The notes under the pieces: model-generated
Seen by the model: only the letters and a program-made list of their open reading frames with translations
Databases searched by the model: none
What the model was told of the DNA's origin: nothing
DNA from: Gammaproteobacteria bacterium
GTDB lineage: Bacteria; Pseudomonadota; Gammaproteobacteria; JBCCGL01
Assembly (NCBI GenBank): GCA_965277715.1
Contig: OZ255836.1
Coordinates: forward strand, 1,152,001 to 1,216,000
DNA: 64,000 nt
Direction: 5' to 3'
Made by a program: the position numbers and the translations under genes
In this document: piece by piece, positions 9,077-19,018 of the stretch
How the letters are laid out: every line of letters begins with the position of its first letter
Position numbering within the stretch: the first letter of the stretch is position 1

Positions 9077-12000
9077 GTGCTGATCGACAACAGGAAAACA
9101 GGCAAAATCGGCGATACCCTCAAAGCCTCCCTCAATGGTGGCTCAAGGCTATCTATCTTAAGCGGCCTGTTCTCCATCTATGCCTTTGACGCGCTGAAAA
9201 AAGAGCTATCAAGAGCGCGTAATACCCGACTGCTGTTTACACAATTGGGCTTTCACGACAGTACTGTAGATACCAACATCGAGCCCCAGCTAAATGGTGA
9301 TAGGTTCGAATTACGGCTCCGCAATCAGTTAAACCAAGCCAAGATCGCAGCCGAATGTGCCAAGTGGATAGAGAAGCAGGCACAGGTGAAGACCGCTGTT
9401 CGCTCCGGGCTCATTCCCCAAACACTGTTTCACGTCTCCAATGAAGACGACGAGAGCATCGCCATCCAGGGCAGCTCTCAATTCACCAGCACTGGATTGG
9501 GCTATACCGAATCCGACAGCTTTGACATGAACATGTGCGTCAAGGATTTGGAGAACACCAAGGGCTTGCTGCAGTGGTTCGACAGTCTCTGGACCAATGA
9601 AACGATGGTCGCTGATGCCAAGGAACTACTGCTCAAACAGCTAAACTACCTGGCAGAAGAAAAGCCGGCTCAATTCATTTACTTCGTCACCCTCTATAAC
9701 CTGTTCAAGGATTATCTGGAGGAGTTTGACGAGGAAAAAATCATCAAGAGCAAGACAGGCTTTAAAAACACCCTGGTCTGGAACAAGCTCTACAAATTCC
9801 AGCGTGATGGCGTCATTGGCGCCATTGACAAGCTCGAAACACACAATGGTTGCATCATCGCAGACAGCGTTGGTCTGGGTAAGACCTTCGAGGCCCTCGC
9901 TATCATCAAGTATTACGAACTCCGTAATGACCGCATACTTGTCCTGTGTCCTAAAAAGCTCAGGGACAATTGGACGCTCTACACGATCAATGACAAACGC
10001 AATCTTCTTGCAGCGGACCGGTTCAATTACGACGTCCTTAACCATACCGATCTCAGTCGCACATCAGGCCATTCTGGCGAGATCAACCTGGCGACGCTGA
10101 ATTGGGGCAACTACGACCTGATTGTCATCGACGAGTCCCACAACTTTCGCAACAACAACCCGACCAAGGAAACCAAGACCCGCTACCGCCGCTTGATGGA
10201 AGACATCGTCCAGTCCGGCGTAAAGACCAAGGTGCTGATGCTATCCGCAACGCCTGTCAACAATCGCATGAACGACCTGAAGAACCAGGTAGCCTTTATG
10301 ACGGAAGGAAGTGACGGCGCCTTCTCTGAATTTAGCATCTCCAGCATCGACAAGACCTTGCGCCTGGCGCAAAAGCAATTCAACCAGTGGAACAAGCAAC
10401 CAGTTGAAACCCGCACGGTTGAATCACTGCTGGATAGCATGAGCTTCGATTACTTCAAACTGCTTGATCTGGTCACGATTGCCAGATCACGCAAGCACAT
10501 CGAAAAATATTATGGCACAGAGGATATCGGTGAATTCCCGACACGCCTCCCGCCGATTAACGTCAAAGCGGATATCGACATACAAGACGACTATCCACCA
10601 CTTAAGGAGGTGAACCGGGATATTCGCCGCCTACACCTGGCTGCATACTCACCGTTGAAATACGTCCGAGCCGACAAACAGGAAGAGTACAGCCGCAAAT
10701 ACGACATGGAAGTAGGCGGCGGGAAAGGAAAATTCAAACAGTTGGATCGTGAAGCGAGCTTGATTCACCTGATGCGGGTCAATCTGCTCAAACGCATGGA
10801 AAGCTCCATCTACTCCTTCGGCCTTACGGTAGAAAAGCTGTTAGCCCAAGTCGACGGTCTGCTGGACAAAATCCATAACCACACCACCCAGGAAATCGAG
10901 GAGGTCAACGTCGAGGAGGCTGAGCTCGACTCACCGGAACTGGCTGATCTGGTGGCCGGCAACAAAACCAAGGTGTTAATCCAGGACACTGATCAGGTGT
11001 TATGGAAACAAGACCTCGAAGAAGATAAAGCACTACTGGAAAAACTGCTGGCCGACGCCAAGCGCATTGATGCTGGCAGAGACGCCAAACTCAAGAGCCT
11101 GAAGGAAACGATCTCAGCAAAGGTCCATCAGCCAATCAATCGAGACAACAACAAGGTCATCGTCTTCACCGCTTTCGCGGATACAGCGATGTACTTGTAT
11201 CAACATATCACCACATGGGCCAAGGACGAACTTGGATTATTCAGTGCCATCGTAACGGGTGGTGGTGGCAACAAGACCAACCTAACCGGTATTGGCAGTG
11301 ACTTTAACAACCTCCTCACGGCCTTCTCGCCCCGTTCCAAAGAGCGCGACAAGATCGACCCCGAGGCTACGAATGAGATCGATATCCTGATTGCGACGGA
11401 CTGTATCTCGGAAGGCCAGAACCTCCAGGACTGCGACGCCCTCATCAACTACGACATTCACTGGAATCCGGTTCGCATTATCCAGCGGTTTGGCAGGGTT
11501 GATCGGCTTGGCTCAACAAATACCCAGATCCAACTCATCAACTTCTGGCCCAACATGGAGCTGGACGAATATATCAACCTCGAAGCACGCGTCTCCGGCC
11601 GCATGGTGCTGCTGGACATCTCCGCCACAGGTGAAGAAAACGTCATCGATGAAAACAGTCAGGAGATGAACGATCTCGAGTATCGCCGTAAGCAACTCCA
11701 ACAACTACAAGAAGCCTTGGTCGATCTTGAAGAGATGGCGGGTGGCATATCCATTACCGACCTGACGCTCAACGACTTCCGCATGGATCTCCTGGATTAT
11801 CTCAAGTCCAACCCCGGCGCTCTGGAACAGGCGCCTTCAGGGTTATTCTCCGTCGTCACACTGGATGACGAAGCGATCCATGATGGCATTAGTCCCGGCG
11901 TCATATTCTGTCTACGAAACATCCAGACAGGAAGTAAAGCTGTTTCGGTAGACGAAAACTATCCCTTAGCCCCTCACTTTCTGGTTTACGTTGCGGGCGA

Positions 12001-12322
12001 TGGCCTGGTGCAGCTCAACTTTACCCAGAGCAAAAAGATACTCGACCTTTTGAAGCAGCAAGCCTTCCAGCGGGAAGCGATAAATTCCAGCGCCTTCCAG
12101 CTGTTCTATCAGAACACAAGCAAAGGCGCTGAAATGGGCCACTATCAGGAACTGTTGGCAATCGCGATAGACAGCATCGTTGGCAAGAGCGAAGAGAAAG
12201 GCACCCAGAGCCTGTTCACCCGCGGAGGCACGGTACTCACTCCAACCAGCAGCCAGGGCATCGAAGACTTTGAAGTGGTCAGTTACCTCATCCTACTGGA
12301 TGAAGGAATTAGCACGCCATGA
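9077..12322 (+). CDS. SNF2-family helicase with degenerate PLD-like N-terminus, type III RM-associated
   Basis: ADSVGLGKT, DESH, SATP, SEGQNLQ, QRFGRVDR motifs. Confidence 0.88.
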   Translation: MLIDNRKTGKIGDTLKASLNGGSRLSILSGLFSIYAFDALKKELSRARNTRLLFTQLGFHDSTVDTNIEPQLNGDRFELRLRNQLNQAKIAAECAKWIEKQAQVKTAVRSGLIPQTLFHVSNEDDESIAIQGSSQFTSTGLGYTESDSFDMNMCVKDLENTKGLLQWFDSLWTNETMVADAKELLLKQLNYLAEEKPAQFIYFVTLYNLFKDYLEEFDEEKIIKSKTGFKNTLVWNKLYKFQRDGVIGAIDKLETHNGCIIADSVGLGKTFEALAIIKYYELRNDRILVLCPKKLRDNWTLYTINDKRNLLAADRFNYDVLNHTDLSRTSGHSGEINLATLNWGNYDLIVIDESHNFRNNNPTKETKTRYRRLMEDIVQSGVKTKVLMLSATPVNNRMNDLKNQVAFMTEGSDGAFSEFSISSIDKTLRLAQKQFNQWNKQPVETRTVESLLDSMSFDYFKLLDLVTIARSRKHIEKYYGTEDIGEFPTRLPPINVKADIDIQDDYPPLKEVNRDIRRLHLAAYSPLKYVRADKQEEYSRKYDMEVGGGKGKFKQLDREASLIHLMRVNLLKRMESSIYSFGLTVEKLLAQVDGLLDKIHNHTTQEIEEVNVEEAELDSPELADLVAGNKTKVLIQDTDQVLWKQDLEEDKALLEKLLADAKRIDAGRDAKLKSLKETISAKVHQPINRDNNKVIVFTAFADTAMYLYQHITTWAKDELGLFSAIVTGGGGNKTNLTGIGSDFNNLLTAFSPRSKERDKIDPEATNEIDILIATDCISEGQNLQDCDALINYDIHWNPVRIIQRFGRVDRLGSTNTQIQLINFWPNMELDEYINLEARVSGRMVLLDISATGEENVIDENSQEMNDLEYRRKQLQQLQEALVDLEEMAGGISITDLTLNDFRMDLLDYLKSNPGALEQAPSGLFSVVTLDDEAIHDGISPGVIFCLRNIQTGSKAVSVDENYPLAPHFLVYVAGDGLVQLNFTQSKKILDLLKQQAFQREAINSSAFQLFYQNTSKGAEMGHYQELLAIAIDSIVGKSEEKGTQSLFTRGGTVLTPTSSQGIEDFEVVSYLILLDEGISTP

Positions 12323-13122
12323 CGGGCCAGGAACAACAGCACATTACCGAACAACTTTGGCAGTCAATGAATCTGCCCGAGTCCTGTTTACTGAACAGCC
12401 GTATCTACAAAAAGATGCTGCTCGAGTCTACCGACCTTAGCAATAACGATAAAAAAGTCATCACTGAGGATATCGATACGCTGGGATGGCGTTACACCCT
12501 GAAGCCGGAAACGATCAGTATCCCCAAAATACAGACAGATGAATTTGATTATCCGGAAATTGCTGTCATCCATGTAACGCTAAAAAGCCCCAAGCGCGTA
12601 AAACGACTGGTTGAGATTATCCAGCGCGCCATCCCCTATCCGTTGGCGCTCGTCATCAGCCATGACAACAGGCTCTGGTTGAGCCTAGCCAACAAGCGTC
12701 AAAGCCTGGCTGACAGTCAAAAACTGATGGTGGAGGCCTTTTTTGATAGCAATTGGATCGACGGCAATTCCTCCGATCCCATCGAACAAGCATTTATCGC
12801 CTCACTGGATTGCAAACAGCTCGACTGGACCAACTTCTACACCTTATATCAAGGGTATGTAGAGCGCATGCTCGCCTTACAGGCCGCCAGGCATACGGGG
12901 CAATTCCGGCTCCAAAACCCACATGAAGTTGATGCGAACGCAAATGCCAGTCCAACGCGAGACCGGCAGACACTATTGCAGGACATCCGACAACTTGAAG
13001 AAGAGGAAAGCAGTCTCAAGACTTCCCTCAAAAGTGAGACACAGTTCAATCGCAGGCTGGCGCTGAACATGAGTATCAAGCGCTGCCAGCAACAGATTCA
13101 GAAATTAACGAACGACTTATAA
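12319..13122 (+). CDS. DUF4391 family protein
   Basis: IQRAIPYP motif and C-terminal coiled coil with ETQFNRR; usual position between the helicase and mod. Confidence 0.75.
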   Translation: MTGQEQQHITEQLWQSMNLPESCLLNSRIYKKMLLESTDLSNNDKKVITEDIDTLGWRYTLKPETISIPKIQTDEFDYPEIAVIHVTLKSPKRVKRLVEIIQRAIPYPLALVISHDNRLWLSLANKRQSLADSQKLMVEAFFDSNWIDGNSSDPIEQAFIASLDCKQLDWTNFYTLYQGYVERMLALQAARHTGQFRLQNPHEVDANANASPTRDRQTLLQDIRQLEEEESSLKTSLKSETQFNRRLALNMSIKRCQQQIQKLTNDL

Positions 13123-13135
13123 GTAAAGGCCACCC

Positions 13136-15025
13136 ATGGAAAAGATCACCAAAAAAGACCCGCAGAGCCAAAGTGCTGACATCGTCACGGAGAATATCGA
13201 AAAACTCCAGGCGCTGTTTCCTGAGATCATCACGGAAGGTGATGGTGAGAAAAAAATCGATTTTGAAACGCTCAAAGAGGTGCTGGGTGAGCACATCGAA
13301 GGCAAGGAAGAGCGATACAGCTTCAACTGGCATGGAAAATCCAGGGCCAGGCGCCTGGCCCAGACCCCTTCAACCGGCACTTTACTCCCTTGCAAGGAAG
13401 AGTCTGTCGATTGGGATACCACCCAGAACTTATTTATTGAAGGCGATAACCTGGAGGTGCTCAAGCTCCTGCAAAAGAGTTATCACAAGAAAGTGAAGAT
13501 GATCTACATCGATCCGCCGTATAACACAGGTAAGGAGTTCATCTATCCAGATAATTTTGCAGATAACCTTGACACATATCTAAAGTACACCGGACAAAAG
13601 GATAGCGAAGGACGTAAGTTCTCGACAAACACTGAACAATCTGGCCGCTTTCATACAAATTGGTTAAATATGATGCTTCCACGCCTAAAAGTAGCACGGA
13701 ACCTTTTGCGTGATGATGGAGTTATATTTTGTTCTATAGACGACAATGAGGTCACTAATTTAAGGCAACTATGTGATGAAGTTTTTGGTGAAGAAAACTT
13801 TATCGCTACAGTCATATGGCAAAGGGTATATAGTCCTAAGAATTCTGCAAAATATTTTTCTGAGGATCATGACTATATCGTTGTATACGCCAAGAATGCA
13901 TCACTGTGGCAACCCACTCTATTACCAAGAAGTGATGAGGCTAATGCGCGTTATCAAAATACAGACAATGATCCAAGAGGGCCTTGGAAGTCAAGTGACC
14001 TGACTGCAAGAAATTACTACTCGGAAGGTCAATACAAGGTGGTAGGACCTACAGGAAAAGAATTTTTACCAGGCAAAGGGCGTTATTGGCGACAATCAGA
14101 AAAGAAATTTCATGAAATGGATGCTGATAATCAGATATGGTGGGGACCTAACAATGATGCCTACCCTGCGCAGAAGCGCTTTCTATCTGATGTGAAACAA
14201 GGAATGGTCCCTCAGACACTTTGGCAATACTCCCTTGTCGGTCATACACAAGAAGCAAAGAAGGAATTATTAGAGTTTGTTGAATTTGAAAACACCGAGA
14301 ACTCTTTAAATTCTGTAAAGCCAACACGCCTTCTTCGCCAAGCATTGAAAATAGGCACTACAACAAGCGATGAAGATATTGTTCTGGATTTCTTCGCTGG
14401 AAGCGCGCCTTTAGCCCATGCGGTTATCGCACAAAACGCAGAAGATGGCGGAAGTCGTAAATTCATTCTTGTTCAAATCCCTGAGCCATTGAAGATCGAG
14501 GAAGATAGAGTTAAAACAATTGCCGACTTGGGCAAATCTCGTATTAGAAATGCAGGCAACAAAGTTCTTAAAGACGCCCAAAGCAAGACAAACTCTACTA
14601 ATCTCGATATCGGGTTCAAACTCTTTAAGCTTGATGCAACAAATATTCTTCCATGGGAAACCGACTTTGAAAACCTTGAAGATCAGTTGGCTCTGAGCGT
14701 TGACAGTGTCAAAACCGATAGAACAACGGAAGATGTACTCTACGAGATACTGCTCAAATACGGCCTTGATCTGACACTGCCGATCAAAGAGCACAAAATC
14801 AGCGGCAAAACCGTCTATGACGTCGGTATGGGGGCGCTGATAGTTTGCCTGGATGATGTGGTCAGCATTGAAATCGTGGAAGGCATCGGCAAGCTGAAGG
14901 ATGAGTTGAAGCCAGAAGTGATGCGCGTTGTCTTCAAGGATGCTGGTTTCGCCGATGATGTGGTCAAAACCAATGCCGTGCAGGTGCTCAAGCAGTTCGG
15001 CATCGACGACGTCAGAAGCATATAA
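13136..15025 (+). CDS. mod: Type III RM methyltransferase Mod
   Basis: IEGDNLEVLK, IYIDPPYNTG (motif IV), LDFFAGS (motif I), beta-class order. Confidence 0.93.
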   Translation: MEKITKKDPQSQSADIVTENIEKLQALFPEIITEGDGEKKIDFETLKEVLGEHIEGKEERYSFNWHGKSRARRLAQTPSTGTLLPCKEESVDWDTTQNLFIEGDNLEVLKLLQKSYHKKVKMIYIDPPYNTGKEFIYPDNFADNLDTYLKYTGQKDSEGRKFSTNTEQSGRFHTNWLNMMLPRLKVARNLLRDDGVIFCSIDDNEVTNLRQLCDEVFGEENFIATVIWQRVYSPKNSAKYFSEDHDYIVVYAKNASLWQPTLLPRSDEANARYQNTDNDPRGPWKSSDLTARNYYSEGQYKVVGPTGKEFLPGKGRYWRQSEKKFHEMDADNQIWWGPNNDAYPAQKRFLSDVKQGMVPQTLWQYSLVGHTQEAKKELLEFVEFENTENSLNSVKPTRLLRQALKIGTTTSDEDIVLDFFAGSAPLAHAVIAQNAEDGGSRKFILVQIPEPLKIEEDRVKTIADLGKSRIRNAGNKVLKDAQSKTNSTNLDIGFKLFKLDATNILPWETDFENLEDQLALSVDSVKTDRTTEDVLYEILLKYGLDLTLPIKEHKISGKTVYDVGMGALIVCLDDVVSIEIVEGIGKLKDELKPEVMRVVFKDAGFADDVVKTNAVQVLKQFGIDDVRSI

Positions 15026-15037
15026 GAGGAGCTGGAA

Positions 15038-18000
15038 ATGAAGATTCAATTCAACCCGGACCTCACCTACCAGAAGGACGCTGTTGAAGCTGTTGTCGGT
15101 ATCTTTGAAGGCCAGGAGACATGCCGAACCACCTTCACGGTGACGTCTGCCCCTGTGGTCGACAAGCACGGACAGATGGATGCTCTGGCGGCCTCTGAAC
15201 AAAACGATCTCGGCATAGGAAACCGCCTGCGCCTAATCGAAGAAGAGCTTCTCGAAAACACACAAGAAGTACAGTTAGTCAACGGGCTCAAACAGTCAAA
15301 TGCTTTGAATGGCAAAGACTTCACCATTGAGATGGAGACCGGCACTGGAAAAACCTATGTCTATCTACGCTCGATTTTTGAGCTAAACCGGAAGTACGGC
15401 TTCACCAAATTCATCGTCGTTGTCCCCTCTGTGGCAATCAAGGAAGGTGTCTACAAGTCCTTGCAGATCACCGAGGAACACTTCCATACGCTCTACGACA
15501 ACGCGCAGTTTGACTACTTTGTTTACGATTCCTCCAAACGAGAACAGGTGCGCAGCTTTGCCACCAATGACTACATTCAGGTCATGGTGATCAACATCGA
15601 TGCCTTCCGTAAGAGCTTCACCGATCCCAGCAAAGAGACCAAGGCTAACCTGATCCATCGCGCAGATGACCGCCTGAGCGGCATGAAGCCAATTGAGTTT
15701 ATCCGCTCCACCAATCCAATTGTAATTATCGACGAACCTCAGAGCGTGGACACGACAGCCAAGTCAAAAGAGGCCATTGCTTCGCTCAATCCACTCTGCA
15801 CCTTCCGCTACTCAGCCACCCATGTGGACAAACACAATCCGCTCTACAAACTGGATTCCATCGATGCCTACGAGCATAAGTTGGTCAAGCAGATCGAGGT
15901 GGCATCGCTGAATGTTCAGGATGGACACAACAAGGCCTATATTAAACTCTTGAGCGTCGACAACCGAAAATCGCCTATCACCGCTCAGATTGAACTGGAT
16001 GTGAACCAGGCCGGCGGCGTGAAGCGTATGAAAAAGAAGGTTAAAGCCGGGGATGACCTGCTGGAGCTTTCAAAGGGCCGAGATCTCTATGATGGTTATG
16101 TAATTAATGACATTTTCTGTGGTGAAGGCAATGAATACATCGACTTCACCAGTAAACCCGACGTGATTCGCCTCGGCGAAGCCATCGGCGGTGTCGATGA
16201 CGATGCCCAGAAACGCCTGCAGATCCGCAAGACTATCGAGGAACATCTGGAGAAAGAGCTCAAACTGGTTCCCCAGGGAATCAAGGTCTTGAGCCTGTTC
16301 TTTATCGACCGGGTCGCTAACTATCGCAGCTACAACGATGAAGGCCAGATGCTCAAAGGCAAGTATGCCCAGTGGTTTGAGGAGGAGTACCGCCAGATCG
16401 TTTCCAAACCAAAGTTCCAATCTCTCTTTGCAGAGATCGACCTTGGCCTGGACCCCGAAGAGGTACACAACGGCTACTTCGCCGCGGACAAGCGCAAGAA
16501 AACCGACCCGGACAACCTGATTCGCTACAAAGACTCTTCCGGCAGTACCGCCGATGATGAAAGCGCCTACAACCTCATCATGAAGGAGAAGGAAACTTTG
16601 CTGTCTTTTCCTTTACCCGGTGATAGCGAACATACGCTCAGGAAAAAGAGAGTACGCTTCATTTTCTCCCATTCTGCCCTGCGCGAAGGCTGGGATAACC
16701 CCAACGTGTTCCAGATCTGCACCCTGAATGAGACGGCCTCGACCATTAAAAAGCGCCAGGAAATCGGCCGAGGGCTCCGGCTAGCGGTTAATCAGGACGG
16801 AAAGCGGGTCCATGGATTCGACATCAACACCCTGACTGTAATGGCTAACGAGTCCTACGAGGACTTCGTGAAACAGCTTCAAAAAGAGATCGAGGACGAA
16901 GAAGGCATTCGCTTTGGTCTGGTGGAGCAGCACCAGTTTGCCAACATTGTCGTAGCCCACGAAGGTGAAAAGCCAAAGTTCCTGGGTGCAGAGCAATCAG
17001 AGAAGGTTTGGCAGCACCTGGTAGATCAGGGGTACATCGATACCAAGGGCAAGGTTCAGGACAAACTTAAACTAGACCTCAAAGACAACAAGGTGACATT
17101 GCCATACGAAGTACAGGAACTGGCAGGTCCGATCTCCGCCTTATTGAAGAAGGTTGCCGGTGGCCTGAATGTTAAAAACAAAGATGACCGTACAGCTGTC
17201 AAGCTCAACAAGCAGGTCTACCTCAGTGACGACTTCAAAGAGCTCTGGGACCGCATTAAGCACAAGACCGTCTACCGGGTGGATTTCTCTCCAGAAGCGC
17301 TGATCGACAAGTGCGCAAAGGAAATCGAGAAAAACCTGATAGTCGGCAGGACGCGGTTCAACTATGACAAAGCGAAGGTTGCCACCGAACGCAGCGGCCT
17401 GGAAGTAAGGGATGAAACCTCGCAAACCCACGTCTACGACATAAGGGATTATCAGCTGCCGGATATCGTCAGCTTTTTACAGAACGAAACAAATCTGACT
17501 CGTCGATCTATTGTGGCCATCTTGTAGAAATGCAATCGCCTGAAGGACTTTAAGAACAACCCACAAAAATTTATCGATGAAGTAACTGCCATAATCATCA
17601 ACCAGATGCGGCTGTTCATTGTGGACGGGATCAGGTACCGAAAGATCGGGGACGAACATTTTTATGCTCAAGAGCTATTTGAGGACCAGGAACTCACGGG
17701 CTATCTGAACAAGAATATGCTGGAGACACAGAAGTCAGTCTACGACCATGTCGTGTACGACTCCGACATTGAGGAGACCTTCGCTCGCGCCTTCGAAAAG
17801 AGTCCAGATATCAAGCTCTACGCCAAACTACCCGGCTGGTTCAAGATCGACACCCCCCTGGGCGGCTATAACCCTGACTGGGCGGTATTGGTGGAACAGG
17901 ATGGTAACGAGAAGCTGTATTTTGTCGTCGAAACGAAAAGCAGTTTGTTCAGTGATGCATTACGCCCGAAGGAACAAGCGAAAATTGATTATGGAACCGC

Positions 18001-18076
18001 CCACTTCGAAGCTTTGGGGCAAGAAGCCAAGTTCATTAAGGCCAACGACTATGATTCGTTTACGGCTCAGTATTGA
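15038..18076 (+). pseudogene. res: Type III RM restriction subunit Res interrupted by an in-frame TAG
   Basis: METGTGKT, DEPQ, EGWDNPN motifs. TAG at 17525-17527 is followed in the same frame by KCNRLKDFKNNPQKFIDEV, leading into the 17606-18076 ORF that carries the YNPDW...ETK nuclease motif. Confidence 0.88.
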
Positions 18077-18113
18077 TAACGAGACAAACCTAAGAACTAA
18101 CGAGTGAAACCCT

Positions 18114-18968
18114 ATGGTAACTTATGATCAATTGATGCTACCGCTACTGAAAGCCCTGGTAAACCTAGGCGGCTCTGGCAGCATTGACGAAATCTACGAA
18201 GAAGTTGTCGAGCTCGAGAATTTCGACGAAGAAACTCTTGCCCTCCTTCATAACCCAGAAAAAAGCAATCAAACCGAAGTAGGTTATCGCCTGGCCTGGG
18301 CGCGGACATATCTGAAAAAGGCTGGCTATCTTGAAAATTCATCCCGATGGGTTTGGGCACTCACCGAAAAAGCCAAGAAGGCCGACACAATAGATAGCCG
18401 TGAGATCGTTAGCTATGTGCGTTCTCTATCTCCCTCTACAAAATCCGAGGACACGAGCCCGGAAGACCCAACTACAGCGGTTGATGATTTACCGGAGGAA
18501 ACTCAGGCATGGCGAGAAAGGCTTCACCATATTCTGATCGAAGAGATGACGCCGGACGCATTTGAACGCCTGACCCAGCGTCTGTTGCGTGAGTCTGGCT
18601 TTGTTCATGTTGAAGTCACTGGACGCACCGGAGATGGAGGCATTGACGGCAAAGGCATCGCTCGCATCAATGGGCTCATGAGTTTTCATATCGCATTTCA
18701 GTGTAAAAAGTACAAAGGCTCTGTCAGTGCCTCTGACATCCGTGATTTCCGTGGCGCCACTGTCGGTCGTGCCGACCGCGGAATGTTTATCACTACGGGC
18801 AGCTTTACCAAATCAGCAATTGAAGAAGCCAATAGAGACGACGCAGCTCCCATTGACCTAGTCGATGGCGATCAACTAGCAGACAAACTGAAAGAGTTGA
18901 CGCTGGGTGTAAAGACAGAACTTGTTGAAAAGGTCACCGTTGAGCCGGAATGGTTTTTTAGCCTGTAG
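18114..18968 (+). CDS. mrr: Mrr-family type IV restriction endonuclease
   Basis: Mrr_N (YRLAWARTYLKKAG) plus catalytic TGDGGIDG...QCKKY. Confidence 0.9.
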   Translation: MVTYDQLMLPLLKALVNLGGSGSIDEIYEEVVELENFDEETLALLHNPEKSNQTEVGYRLAWARTYLKKAGYLENSSRWVWALTEKAKKADTIDSREIVSYVRSLSPSTKSEDTSPEDPTTAVDDLPEETQAWRERLHHILIEEMTPDAFERLTQRLLRESGFVHVEVTGRTGDGGIDGKGIARINGLMSFHIAFQCKKYKGSVSASDIRDFRGATVGRADRGMFITTGSFTKSAIEEANRDDAAPIDLVDGDQLADKLKELTLGVKTELVEKVTVEPEWFFSL

Positions 18969-19018
18969 TGAGCTGCTATGGAATTAGGCGATCAACCAAA
19001 GAGGACCTTGTGCGCTCA

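Noticed and set aside
2189-15202. Long antisense ORFs (e.g. 2189-3040 +, 14411-15202 -)
   Set aside because: They are shadows of well-supported genes on the opposite strand and have no recognisable motifs.
17525-17527. Pyrrolysine or recoded TAG in res
   Set aside because: Other genes here (mrr, jetD) end in TAG normally and no pyl machinery is visible; a nonsense mutation is simpler.
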